A program made the position numbers and the translations under genes. From Promethearchaeota archaeon (GTDB lineage: Archaea > Asgardarchaeota > Lokiarchaeia > Sigyniarchaeales > SOKP01), in contig JBHLLU010000005.1 in the NCBI GenBank assembly GCA_048938895.1, positions 1 to 64,000 on the forward strand: a stretch of DNA of 64,000 nt, given 5' to 3'. Of the stretch, positions 45,179 to 53,339 are shown piece after piece (positions within the stretch are counted from its first letter, which is position 1; every line of letters starts with the position of its first letter). The notes under the pieces are model-generated. The model saw nothing but the letters and a program-made list of their open reading frames with translations. It made no database searches and was not told where the DNA came from.

Positions 45179-46153
45179 ATGACTGAGAATCAAAATTCAA
45201 ATAGTAAACCTAAAGAAGAAAAAAGTAAAGAAGAATTTGATAAAGAAGAAGAGAGAATTAAAATAGAATCTCTTAGAAAAGCGGGAGAAATAGCAAAGGA
45301 AGTTAAGAAAGAAGTTAAACCAAAAATCAAGGTAGGAACAAGTGCGTTAGATATAATTAATATGGTTGAAGGTAAAATTGAAGATTTAGGTGGTATATGT
45401 GCATTTCCGGTAAATTTATGTATAAATAATATTGCTGCACATTATACATCGCCCCTAAAGGACGATGGGTTAATTATTAGTGAGAGTGATTTAGTTAAAA
45501 TCGATTTGGGAGTACATATTGAAGGATATATTGTCGATACAGCCTTCACAGTTAATTTTAATGAGGACGAATCACTTGAAAATATAATCCAGGCTACAGA
45601 GGTTGCTCTTGATGCAGCAAAAATGATGGTAAAACCCAAAGTAAATACGAAAGATTTAGGAAAGAAAATTGAAGATATCGTAAGAGGTTTCAAATTCAGT
45701 CCGATTAAAGAACTCGGTGGTCATCAAATAGAAAGATGGACTGTTCACGGGAAAAAACAACTGCCTGAATTAGGATCTCAAGGGGGAGATATAATGGAAG
45801 AGGGTGAAGTATTCTCTATAGAAATTTTCGCTAGCACAGGTGAAGGCTCAGTCCATAATACCCAATATTCACATATTTATGAGCTGAATCCATACTCTGG
45901 TAGAGTTCCATTACGGAGAAAAGCCTCGAAACAACTATTAGGTTATGTGAATAAAAATTATAAAACATTACCTTTTGCTGAAAGATGGTTAGCTAAAGAA
46001 TTTAGAATGGGTGTAGCGTTTGGGATACATGAATTAGTCCAGCAAGGAAAATTGCAAGCTCATTTTGTCTTAGCAGAAAAAAAAGGTGTCTATGTGGCTC
46101 AATCTGAGGAAACTATTTTAGTCACAGAAAGTGGATGTGAACAGTTAACCTAA
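45179..46153 (+). CDS. map: Methionine aminopeptidase type II
   Basis: AFPVNL..NNIAAHYT, KIDLGVHIEGYIVDTA, LGGH, IEIF, LPFAERW, VAQSEET. Confidence 0.96.
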   Translation: MTENQNSNSKPKEEKSKEEFDKEEERIKIESLRKAGEIAKEVKKEVKPKIKVGTSALDIINMVEGKIEDLGGICAFPVNLCINNIAAHYTSPLKDDGLIISESDLVKIDLGVHIEGYIVDTAFTVNFNEDESLENIIQATEVALDAAKMMVKPKVNTKDLGKKIEDIVRGFKFSPIKELGGHQIERWTVHGKKQLPELGSQGGDIMEEGEVFSIEIFASTGEGSVHNTQYSHIYELNPYSGRVPLRRKASKQLLGYVNKNYKTLPFAERWLAKEFRMGVAFGIHELVQQGKLQAHFVLAEKKGVYVAQSEETILVTESGCEQLT

Positions 46154-46194
46154 ATCTAAAATTACTCAAAGCAGATCTTATAGTTGTATTTATT

Positions 46195-47301
46195 ATGGAT
46201 AAGTTAAATATATGTCTTGTTTCTTTAACGATCGCACCAGATAGTCAAGATGGTGCAGGAAAAAGCTTCAGAGGGATTTTTGACTATCTTAGAAAACAAG
46301 GACATAATGTGAAATTGATTACTGGCAAATGGAATACCGATTTAAATGATCCCGATATTATTCAATTAGATCTTATACCAAAACGGTTTCTTTGGGCACC
46401 TCAATTTATGTTAAAGGCAATAAAATACTTGTATTCTCATAAATTTGACATTTTTCATGGAAACGCACCTAAAGGAACGTTACCTATAATTTTATCCAAT
46501 AAAAAAAAATTTCTAACCACAATACATGATATGGGACCATTTGAAACAAGTTTTACTAAAATCCCTATTGAAAAGTATTTAATAAAGCTTACCGTGCAAA
46601 AAGCAACAGTTATAACCACCGTTTCAAATTTTATTAAAAAGGAAATTAAATATTTTGTACCAAAAGTAGATAATAATAGGATTTTTGTTCATTATAATGG
46701 TATAGAAGAAAACTTCAAACCATATCCAAAAGAAGCCGACAGACTGAAAAAGAAGTTAAAGTTGGATGGGCCAATAATTCTATATATTGGTAGAATAGCC
46801 TTTTACAAAGGTGTTGAAGATATAATTAAAGCCTATAAAATTGCGAAAAAAAAGATTTCTGACCTTACCTTGGTCATAGGGGGAAAGCCTGATTTTCAAA
46901 TGGAAAAAAAATATGATGAATGGAAAAAAACACATAAAGACATTCATTTCATTGGCTTTGTAGAGGAACAGGAATTACCTTATTATTATTCTATGGCCGA
47001 TGTTTTTATTACCTATTCATACGCATCGGAAGGTTTTGGCTTAACTCCAATCGAAGCAATTGCCTGCGGGACTCCCGTAATTTGCTCTACAATGGTAGCT
47101 TATAAAGAAATTTTACATGAGAATGCGATATTTGTTCCCCCCAGAAGTCCCCAAAAACTTGCGTTAGAAATTATTAATTTATTAAGAGATGAGTTAAAAT
47201 ACAAAGCTTTACAAGAAAATGCTCGCACTTTTATTAAAAGATATACTTGGGATTCAGTAGGAAAGAAACTTGAACATGCTTATTCAAGACTATTGGAATA
47301 A
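46195..47301 (+). CDS. Glycosyltransferase family 4
   Basis: TIHD, VSNF, GRIAFYKG, EGFGLTPIEAIACGTPVI. Confidence 0.93.
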   Translation: MDKLNICLVSLTIAPDSQDGAGKSFRGIFDYLRKQGHNVKLITGKWNTDLNDPDIIQLDLIPKRFLWAPQFMLKAIKYLYSHKFDIFHGNAPKGTLPIILSNKKKFLTTIHDMGPFETSFTKIPIEKYLIKLTVQKATVITTVSNFIKKEIKYFVPKVDNNRIFVHYNGIEENFKPYPKEADRLKKKLKLDGPIILYIGRIAFYKGVEDIIKAYKIAKKKISDLTLVIGGKPDFQMEKKYDEWKKTHKDIHFIGFVEEQELPYYYSMADVFITYSYASEGFGLTPIEAIACGTPVICSTMVAYKEILHENAIFVPPRSPQKLALEIINLLRDELKYKALQENARTFIKRYTWDSVGKKLEHAYSRLLE

Positions 47302-47331
47302 ACTTTTACTATTCATATAATTTGGTATTAT

Positions 47332-48441
47332 CTATTTTGTACTTATCTTTCTTTTAATAAATTCAAAGCAAATTTCTATTGGATTTTCATATTGTTTAAT
47401 TCTATCTTTAAATGAGTCTATATTGAACCTTCCTGGAAGGGGTCCCTGCTTTAGTATTTCTTTTGCCCTTTTAATTATTTCATCAGGTGCTCTAATATGT
47501 TCTAAAGGGAAACCATTCTTAATTAAAAATATTTCTTGAGGTGCTGAATCACCAGGAAAAAATTCAATACTTGGAACATTTAAAAGACTTGATTCCCTCA
47601 CAATTGTTCCACCCCCACTTATAATTAAAGCACCATAGAAGCATAAATCCACAATATTCGGTAAATATTGAGTTATTATAATATTGTCACCCTTTTTTAA
47701 TTCTTTTAATTTTCTAAAAAGGAATTTTTCTTGTTTTGATGATCGAACTAACAGAAGATATTTATGATTTGGGAATTCCTTATATATAGCTGGAAGAAAT
47801 TTACTTATTAGTGTCTTATCAGGCTTTAATTTATTAATGAAATAACTAGCATAAGCAGGTTCGCTCCTAATTAAAACATAATTACCTTTTTTTAGATTGA
47901 ATTTATCAAGGATTTTTGGATTAGGAGTATAATCTGAAAGCCACGCGATTTCATCTAATCCATTATATCTAATAATTTTACTTGGATCAGCATGGAGTTT
48001 AATATAATTTTCAATGGGTATACATTCAGGAGTTATAATGTTATCTAAGAAAGGATGAAGTAATTTACAAACAGGTTCATTACGGGGTTCATCATTCATC
48101 CCAATTGAGGGGATTTGTAAACCATATGCGATTCTAGTACCTTCAATTGATAAAAACGTAATGAAGTAATCAGGAGAAAATTCTGTAACTAAAGGAAAAA
48201 GATCCTTTAGTCTATTAATGTATGTTTCTAATTTATCTTCCAATCTTTCCCCACCATGTTTCCCCACCCTCCTATAGTTAGTTTCGTTATCATCTAAAAT
48301 CTGATAGGTAGAGTCATAATCTCTAGCAGTCACTAAAAGTTCTGCACCCGCATTCTCAAATCTCTTTATTAAAGACTGAAACATTATAGCTGTTTTAGGT
48401 TGCTCAATATCAATCCATAGTTTCTTATTTTTAAGGGACAT
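47332..48441 (-). CDS. DUF354 family GT-B fold protein
   Basis: LWIDIEQPK, VTARDY, VGKHGG, YNGLDEIAWL, SGGGTIVRESSLLNVPSI. Confidence 0.85.
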   Translation of the reverse strand: MSLKNKKLWIDIEQPKTAIMFQSLIKRFENAGAELLVTARDYDSTYQILDDNETNYRRVGKHGGERLEDKLETYINRLKDLFPLVTEFSPDYFITFLSIEGTRIAYGLQIPSIGMNDEPRNEPVCKLLHPFLDNIITPECIPIENYIKLHADPSKIIRYNGLDEIAWLSDYTPNPKILDKFNLKKGNYVLIRSEPAYASYFINKLKPDKTLISKFLPAIYKEFPNHKYLLLVRSSKQEKFLFRKLKELKKGDNIIITQYLPNIVDLCFYGALIISGGGTIVRESSLLNVPSIEFFPGDSAPQEIFLIKNGFPLEHIRAPDEIIKRAKEILKQGPLPGRFNIDSFKDRIKQYENPIEICFEFIKRKISTK

Positions 48442-48555
48442 TTTGAAACCAGAAGAAATTTCAGAATTAGTTCAATATGATTATTTAAATTTGTAAAATA
48501 TTGAGGACTTAAAGGATTTTCTAAAATTTTTGATATTATTATCAATAAGAGAGTT

Positions 48556-48855
48556 TCAAATATTTTCACCACAGATACAAGGATTTGAATTACACTTGAT
48601 ACATTTATATGGATATTTTCTTAATATCGCTGATTCGAGATCTATATCTAATAAATTTGCTAAAGATGTAGTCCAGGCTATAATATCTGCTAATTCTTCT
48701 GACGCTCTTTCTTCATCAATTTCTTGAGTCTTTAAAACATTTGCTAACTCCCCAATTTCTTCTATTAGCCAGATAAAAGTACGACTTTTTCCTCTTTTCT
48801 GATCTTGTTTGATGTAAAGATCTTTAATTAATTTCTGAAAATCTGAAATTTTCAT
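48556..48855 (-). CDS. MazG-like nucleotide pyrophosphohydrolase with a C-terminal Cys cluster
   Basis: WLIEEIGELA, EELADIIAW, KYP.KC.KC...PC.C. Confidence 0.9.
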   Translation of the reverse strand: MKISDFQKLIKDLYIKQDQKRGKSRTFIWLIEEIGELANVLKTQEIDEERASEELADIIAWTTSLANLLDIDLESAILRKYPYKCIKCNSNPCICGENI

Positions 48856-48901
48856 GTAAAACTAAAATGGGTATTTAATTAATAATTATTACTCTTGGTT
48901 A

Positions 48902-49123
48902 TTATCCTCCTCCTGGAGTAAATAACCAGTTAAAAATCCCAACATGTGCTAAAATTACTAATATTATTAGAGTAACCGCTAATATCATTGTACTTACTGG
49001 CCCAACCTTAATCCCTATTGAACTATCTTCAAAAAATCTCATTAATCCTGCACCCCCCATAGGCATAGGAGCGCTTCCACTTCTTCTTTTTTTCCGTCGT
49101 GATTGAGTGCTTCTTGTTGACAT
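48902..49123 (-). CDS. secG: Preprotein translocase subunit Sec61beta/SecG
   Basis: Basic N-terminus, GAGLMRFFED, IKVGP, single C-terminal TM ending in LAH. Confidence 0.93.
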   Translation of the reverse strand: MSTRSTQSRRKKRRSGSAPMPMGGAGLMRFFEDSSIGIKVGPVSTMILAVTLIILVILAHVGIFNWLFTPGGG

Positions 49124-49274
49124 AATATAAAAAATCTAAATTATTTTGATATTGTTGTGTAATAATAAGTCAAAAAATTTAAAATTTTATCTAAAAGTTT
49201 TAAAAAAATATTATAATAAATCTTTATAAAAGCAATTCATTATTTTAGATAATTTTACGAAGATTTTATATATT

Positions 49275-51119
49275 ATGCTAAAAAAAACTAAAGCTTTCAT
49301 AGCTTTCTCAATTTGTGTAGTAATCTTTTTTAATTTCATTTTTCTTCCTAATTATTCTGATTCGAATCAAAGTATAAATGATAATTTTCAATATCCAGAA
49401 AATTCAGCAAATCTGGAAGGTATAGATAATATAATTGTAACAAATGTAGAAAGACTTGCTAATATAAGCGGATATGGAGTAGTAAGCTTTACAGATTATA
49501 TTTCCATTAAAAATCTTAATAGTAATCCAATCACTTCAATGTTTATTGCAATACCGCTAAATTACTCAGAATTATTGATATATTATGAAGCAAAGGGAAG
49601 TGATGCTAACTCTTTACTCACAGAACGTACTCATCTAATAATGAATGGATTTGAAATGATAACAGTCTATTTTGAATCACCTCTTTTACCATATCAAACG
49701 AAAAAAATACTTTTTATACAGCAATTCAAAGATCTCTTGAAATATTATACACTTAACGAGCATCAGTTCATTGATTATAATGGATATGTTTTTCCTCTTT
49801 TACCATATAGATCTGAGAGAAAAATGGATGCCCAATTTCATCTACCGCTAAGAGCACAAAATATTGAAGGAGGATGGGGTTTTGAACAACCTGATCTATA
49901 CTTCGTCAAGTATGATTTAGCCTATATTAAAGACTCTGTTGAGGGACCTTACATTGAGCCTTTCTTGGAAAATTTAGATGAATTTAAGAGAATTACAGTG
50001 TCTTTTTATCAAGATGATGTTACTTTATTAGAATTTGAAGAAATCGATAGACAGATTTTTATATCTCCTTGGGGTGTGATCAAGGTGACGGAAGAGTATA
50101 TCATTACTAACTATGGTGTAACATCGAATCAATACATTTTTTTAAACCTTCCTAAATCCGCAAGAGATGCATATGTTTCTGATGATATTGGTGAAATATT
50201 AGGGATTAGAATTCTTAAAAAAAGTAATCATAAGGAACTAAGAATTAATTTATTAGAAAATCGTGTAAGATTAATACCAAATTCATCATTTCGGTTTAAA
50301 ATAAGATATTATTTGCCTTTTGAGAAACACTATTCATTAAATTGGCTTCAAGAGTCAATTGAAATTGATCTCTATACCTCAACCTTCGAATATGCTGGGA
50401 AACAATTAACTATTAAATTAATTATTGATGGATGTTATAGTGTAGATCATATTACTTCATCTCCTGAATCAGTAAAAAAATCACATGGGAGAATGAGTTT
50501 AATTTTTACATCAGACTCTGTTGCCTCCTTAGAAGCCAAGATTATTCAGTTTACTTTTACGATCGATTTTTTTGATCTACTATTAAATCCCATCATTTAT
50601 ATTTTAATAATTGCCTCAATTGCATCTATTTATGTATTTATAATTAAAACGAGAAAGAAAGAATCTGGTACCCAAATATTAAAAAGAGAATTCATACCTG
50701 TAAACGAAATTCGGGAATTTTGCGCTTTATATGAAGAAAAAAATGCATTAATTTTAGAATTAAGGCAAGCTGAAGAGGATGCAAAAAGAAGGAAAATTGC
50801 AAAAAAGAATTATAAAAGCATTTTAAATAAAAATACAGCGAAAGTTGATGAAATCCAAAAAGAAATCGCACCTTTCAAAAAAATATTAATGGAAACAAGT
50901 GAGACTTTTGAAAATATTGTGAAAAGACTAGACGTACTTGAAGCGGAGAGAATCAGTATTAATGACAGTTTAAACCTATTAGAATCTAGATATAAAAGAG
51001 GTAGATTACCTTCTAGAGCTGCATATATGAAATTATCAGATGATTTCTTGAAAAGAAGGAAAAAAATCGACAGGACCATTGATAGATTTTTACAGCAATT
51101 AAGAAGTTACCTTCTTTGA
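49275..51119 (+). CDS. Ribophorin I (OST1/RPN1)-like oligosaccharyltransferase accessory subunit
   Basis: Signal segment; IDRQIFISPWGVIKVTEEYIITN, LPKSA.DAYVSDDIGEI; TM at about aa 435-457; cytoplasmic coiled coil. Confidence 0.75.
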   Translation: MLKKTKAFIAFSICVVIFFNFIFLPNYSDSNQSINDNFQYPENSANLEGIDNIIVTNVERLANISGYGVVSFTDYISIKNLNSNPITSMFIAIPLNYSELLIYYEAKGSDANSLLTERTHLIMNGFEMITVYFESPLLPYQTKKILFIQQFKDLLKYYTLNEHQFIDYNGYVFPLLPYRSERKMDAQFHLPLRAQNIEGGWGFEQPDLYFVKYDLAYIKDSVEGPYIEPFLENLDEFKRITVSFYQDDVTLLEFEEIDRQIFISPWGVIKVTEEYIITNYGVTSNQYIFLNLPKSARDAYVSDDIGEILGIRILKKSNHKELRINLLENRVRLIPNSSFRFKIRYYLPFEKHYSLNWLQESIEIDLYTSTFEYAGKQLTIKLIIDGCYSVDHITSSPESVKKSHGRMSLIFTSDSVASLEAKIIQFTFTIDFFDLLLNPIIYILIIASIASIYVFIIKTRKKESGTQILKREFIPVNEIREFCALYEEKNALILELRQAEEDAKRRKIAKKNYKSILNKNTAKVDEIQKEIAPFKKILMETSETFENIVKRLDVLEAERISINDSLNLLESRYKRGRLPSRAAYMKLSDDFLKRRKKIDRTIDRFLQQLRSYLL

Positions 51120-51138
51120 ATTTAATTTCTAGATATGT

Positions 51139-51771
51139 GTGAAATTTATGAAACCTTGGTTGTTTGACATTTTAGCATGTCCTATTGATAAACATTTTCC
51201 ATTGAAATTGTACATTTTTTCATTTGAAACCGATTCAAACGAATTCAATTCTTTTTTAGATATTTTGGAAAAGAGAGACCTTGACTTCATCAAAAAAGAG
51301 GAAATTGTAAAAATTTATCAAAAAAATGATATCTTTTTCCTTAAAGATAACATTGTAATTGAAAAAACAGAACTTAAGAAGTATGTCGATCTGATAATTT
51401 CAAGTATTAACGAGTTAGATAATATCTATAATAGAAGTTCTTCAAAGGAAAGCAAGAAATGTTTTGAAATTATTGCCGCGCAAATAAAGCCAAAGATCTC
51501 AAATTTCAGAGATTTTCTTGATCCAAATAAATTAGATAATATACTTCCTGAGTTAAATTTCTTGAATAAATTTAAATTAGATACTGAAATTGATAGGGGT
51601 CTACTCTTCTGTACAAAATGTAACCGATGGTACCCCATAATTGAAACAATTCCCCAAATGCTACCAGATGAATATAGAGATGAGACAAAGGATATCGAAT
51701 TCCTTAAAACCATTAAAAATTTAATTGATGAAGAATTTTTTAATAAAGATTTAAAACCTTTCAATCTTTAA
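51139..51771 (+). CDS. trm112: Trm112-family methyltransferase activator with a large central insertion; start likely ATG 51148
   Basis: MKPWLFDILACPIDK.FPL ... GLLFCTKCNRWYPIIETIPQMLPDE. Confidence 0.85.
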   Translation: MKFMKPWLFDILACPIDKHFPLKLYIFSFETDSNEFNSFLDILEKRDLDFIKKEEIVKIYQKNDIFFLKDNIVIEKTELKKYVDLIISSINELDNIYNRSSSKESKKCFEIIAAQIKPKISNFRDFLDPNKLDNILPELNFLNKFKLDTEIDRGLLFCTKCNRWYPIIETIPQMLPDEYRDETKDIEFLKTIKNLIDEEFFNKDLKPFNL

Positions 51772-51788
51772 AACCTTAATAAAAACAC

Positions 51789-51920
51789 AGCCCGGTAGTG
51801 TAGAATAATACATTCATAATGTATTATGCTTAATGGCCAAGCATTTAGGGCTTTGAACCCTGAGACCACGGTTCGAAAATTTACGAGATTGCTCGTCAAT
51901 AGAAACTCCGTGCCGGGCTA
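51789..51920 (+). tRNA. tRNA-Gln(UUG) with two introns (51804-51833 at position 15/16; 51878-51906 at position 59/60)
   Basis: Removing the two inserts gives a 73-nt cloverleaf: acceptor AGCCCGG/CCGGGCT, D-stem GTGT/GCAT, anticodon arm TAGGG-CTTTGAA-CCCTG, T-arm CACGG-TTCGAAT-CCGTG. Confidence 0.92.
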
Positions 51921-51923
51921 TAC

Positions 51924-51939
51924 TTTTTATTTTTTTTTT
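51924..51939 (+). terminator. Oligo-T archaeal terminator after the tRNA
   Basis: tttttattttttttt immediately downstream of the tRNA 3' end. Confidence 0.6.
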
Positions 51940-52050
51940 GAATTAAAAATTTCATAATATACCAAATCATATAACGTAAGAGAAAAACTTATTTTAACTA
52001 CCAAATCTATATTCTATACAAAAAATAAGACTCAACTATTGCATATTACC

Positions 52051-52380
52051 ATGGCTATCCTAACTAAGTTAAGAAATGATAAGATAAGACGTATTGTCAT
52101 TGTAGCAATTGCCATTGCAATTGTTTCAACAGTGGCGCTAGCGATAATTTTTGCAGTGTTAAACATAAAATTTGTAATTGATGAAGGTGATGATGATGAT
52201 GATTGCAAAATATGAAAACGGACGTTAAATATCAAACCATCTCTAAAAAGAAATGAATCAATAGATAATCAATTAATGAAGTTAAACGAGGAAACTTTAA
52301 TAAATAAAATTTTTACAAAACTGGATGAATCTTGTAAAAAAATGCTAGTTACAAGAGGACAACCCTGTGAAGGTATTTGA
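52051..52380 (+). CDS. Small single-TM protein with CxxU, candidate selenoprotein (54 aa if UGA 52213 is a stop; 109 aa if it is read as Sec)
   Basis: MAILTKLRNDKIRR-IVIVAIAIAIVSTVALAIIFAVL-NIKFVIDEGDDDDD-C-K-I-(TGA); frame stays open to TGA 52378-52380; not in the ORF track. Confidence 0.6.
52325..52360 (+). promoter_or_regulatory. Candidate eukaryote/Loki-type SECIS (kink-turn core) element
   Basis: ATGAA-TCTTGTAA-AAAAATGCTAG-TTACAAGA-GGAC: AUGAN/NGAN core, perfect 8-bp helix, A-rich apical loop. Confidence 0.5.
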
Positions 52381-52450
52381 TTATAAAATTTTTCTTTTTT
52401 TACTAATCAATCAAATAGGTTTTTAGGTTTTAAATATAATCTCTAAATTC

Positions 52451-53119
52451 TCAGAAGTAAATTAAAACAATTTGATTTATGAGGAGATATATTGCTAAAA
52501 ACACCAAAATTGCTCCATTCAAAAGCCTTAGTTTAGTGCGATGCTTTATTCGAAAATCATTTATTTTTGATGATTCTAATCCTAACCGAATTAATATTAA
52601 TATTACAATAATTGGTAATAACATTCCTATAATGTATATAAAGATAAAAACATAAAGCAGTGGATTTGCATAAAGATTAGCAAGAATAGATAAGTAAATT
52701 CCCCCAAAACAAGGGATCTTAATTAGAACAAAAATAATTCCAACTAAAAAAGCATAAAATCCAGAATTTTTTTGTATAAAACTATTTAATACTGTTTTTA
52801 CCTTCTCAGGCGTTCCAAAGATTAAGCTTTGTTCTTTTTTACATTCTACTATTTGCCACAATCCCAAAAAGATTAAAATCCCTGCGAAGATAAAACTAAT
52901 AAAAATCAACTCTTCAATTAAAGGCAAAAACAGAATTGAAACTAGAATATAAGCAAGAACCATCCCAGTAATTAATCCTATTGAAATGATAAGAAATTTA
53001 TTTTTCTCTTCTATTAGAACTACAGAGGTTCCAAAAACACTAAGCATTAATAATATACAAGGTGTAATCCCTACGGCTAAACCTGACAAAAAAGTAATTA
53101 GGATATTAACTTCTTCCAT
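52451..53119 (-). CDS. CcdA/DsbD-beta family transmembrane disulfide electron transporter
   Basis: 6 TMs with two redox Cys in GITPCIL and IKIPCFG; YIIGMLLP. Confidence 0.85.
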   Translation of the reverse strand: MEEVNILITFLSGLAVGITPCILLMLSVFGTSVVLIEEKNKFLIISIGLITGMVLAYILVSILFLPLIEELIFISFIFAGILIFLGLWQIVECKKEQSLIFGTPEKVKTVLNSFIQKNSGFYAFLVGIIFVLIKIPCFGGIYLSILANLYANPLLYVFIFIYIIGMLLPIIVILILIRLGLESSKINDFRIKHRTKLRLLNGAILVFLAIYLLINQIVLIYF

Positions 53120-53339
53120 TACAGTATTCTGTTTAAGTTATATAAAATTATATTATACAATTGTTTAAGCGGGAAAATATAAAAAATTTATCACATCCAA
53201 ACTAAAATTTTGGAAAATCAAATATTATTTCATTACTTCACAATCAAAAAATCAAAAATAAAAGAATTTAATATATCATGAATTTATTTCTTCATCGTTA
53301 AATTGAGACTTCGGATAAACGACTTAAGAATTAAAAAGA

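Noticed and set aside
48556-48855. MazG as an anti-phage or abortive-infection gene
   Set aside because: It is the short housekeeping archaeal type in a core-gene context, with no defence genes nearby.
51750-51777. Direct repeat TTTAAAACCTT x2 upstream of the tRNA
   Set aside because: Only two low-complexity copies, overlapping the trm112 end and the probable TATA region; not a CRISPR or a supported binding site.
52032-52235. 67-aa minus-strand ORF in the track (MIFNVRFHILQSSSSS...)
   Set aside because: It is the antisense shadow of the + strand TM/CxxU ORF; its poly-Ser is the reverse of the GAT (Asp) run.
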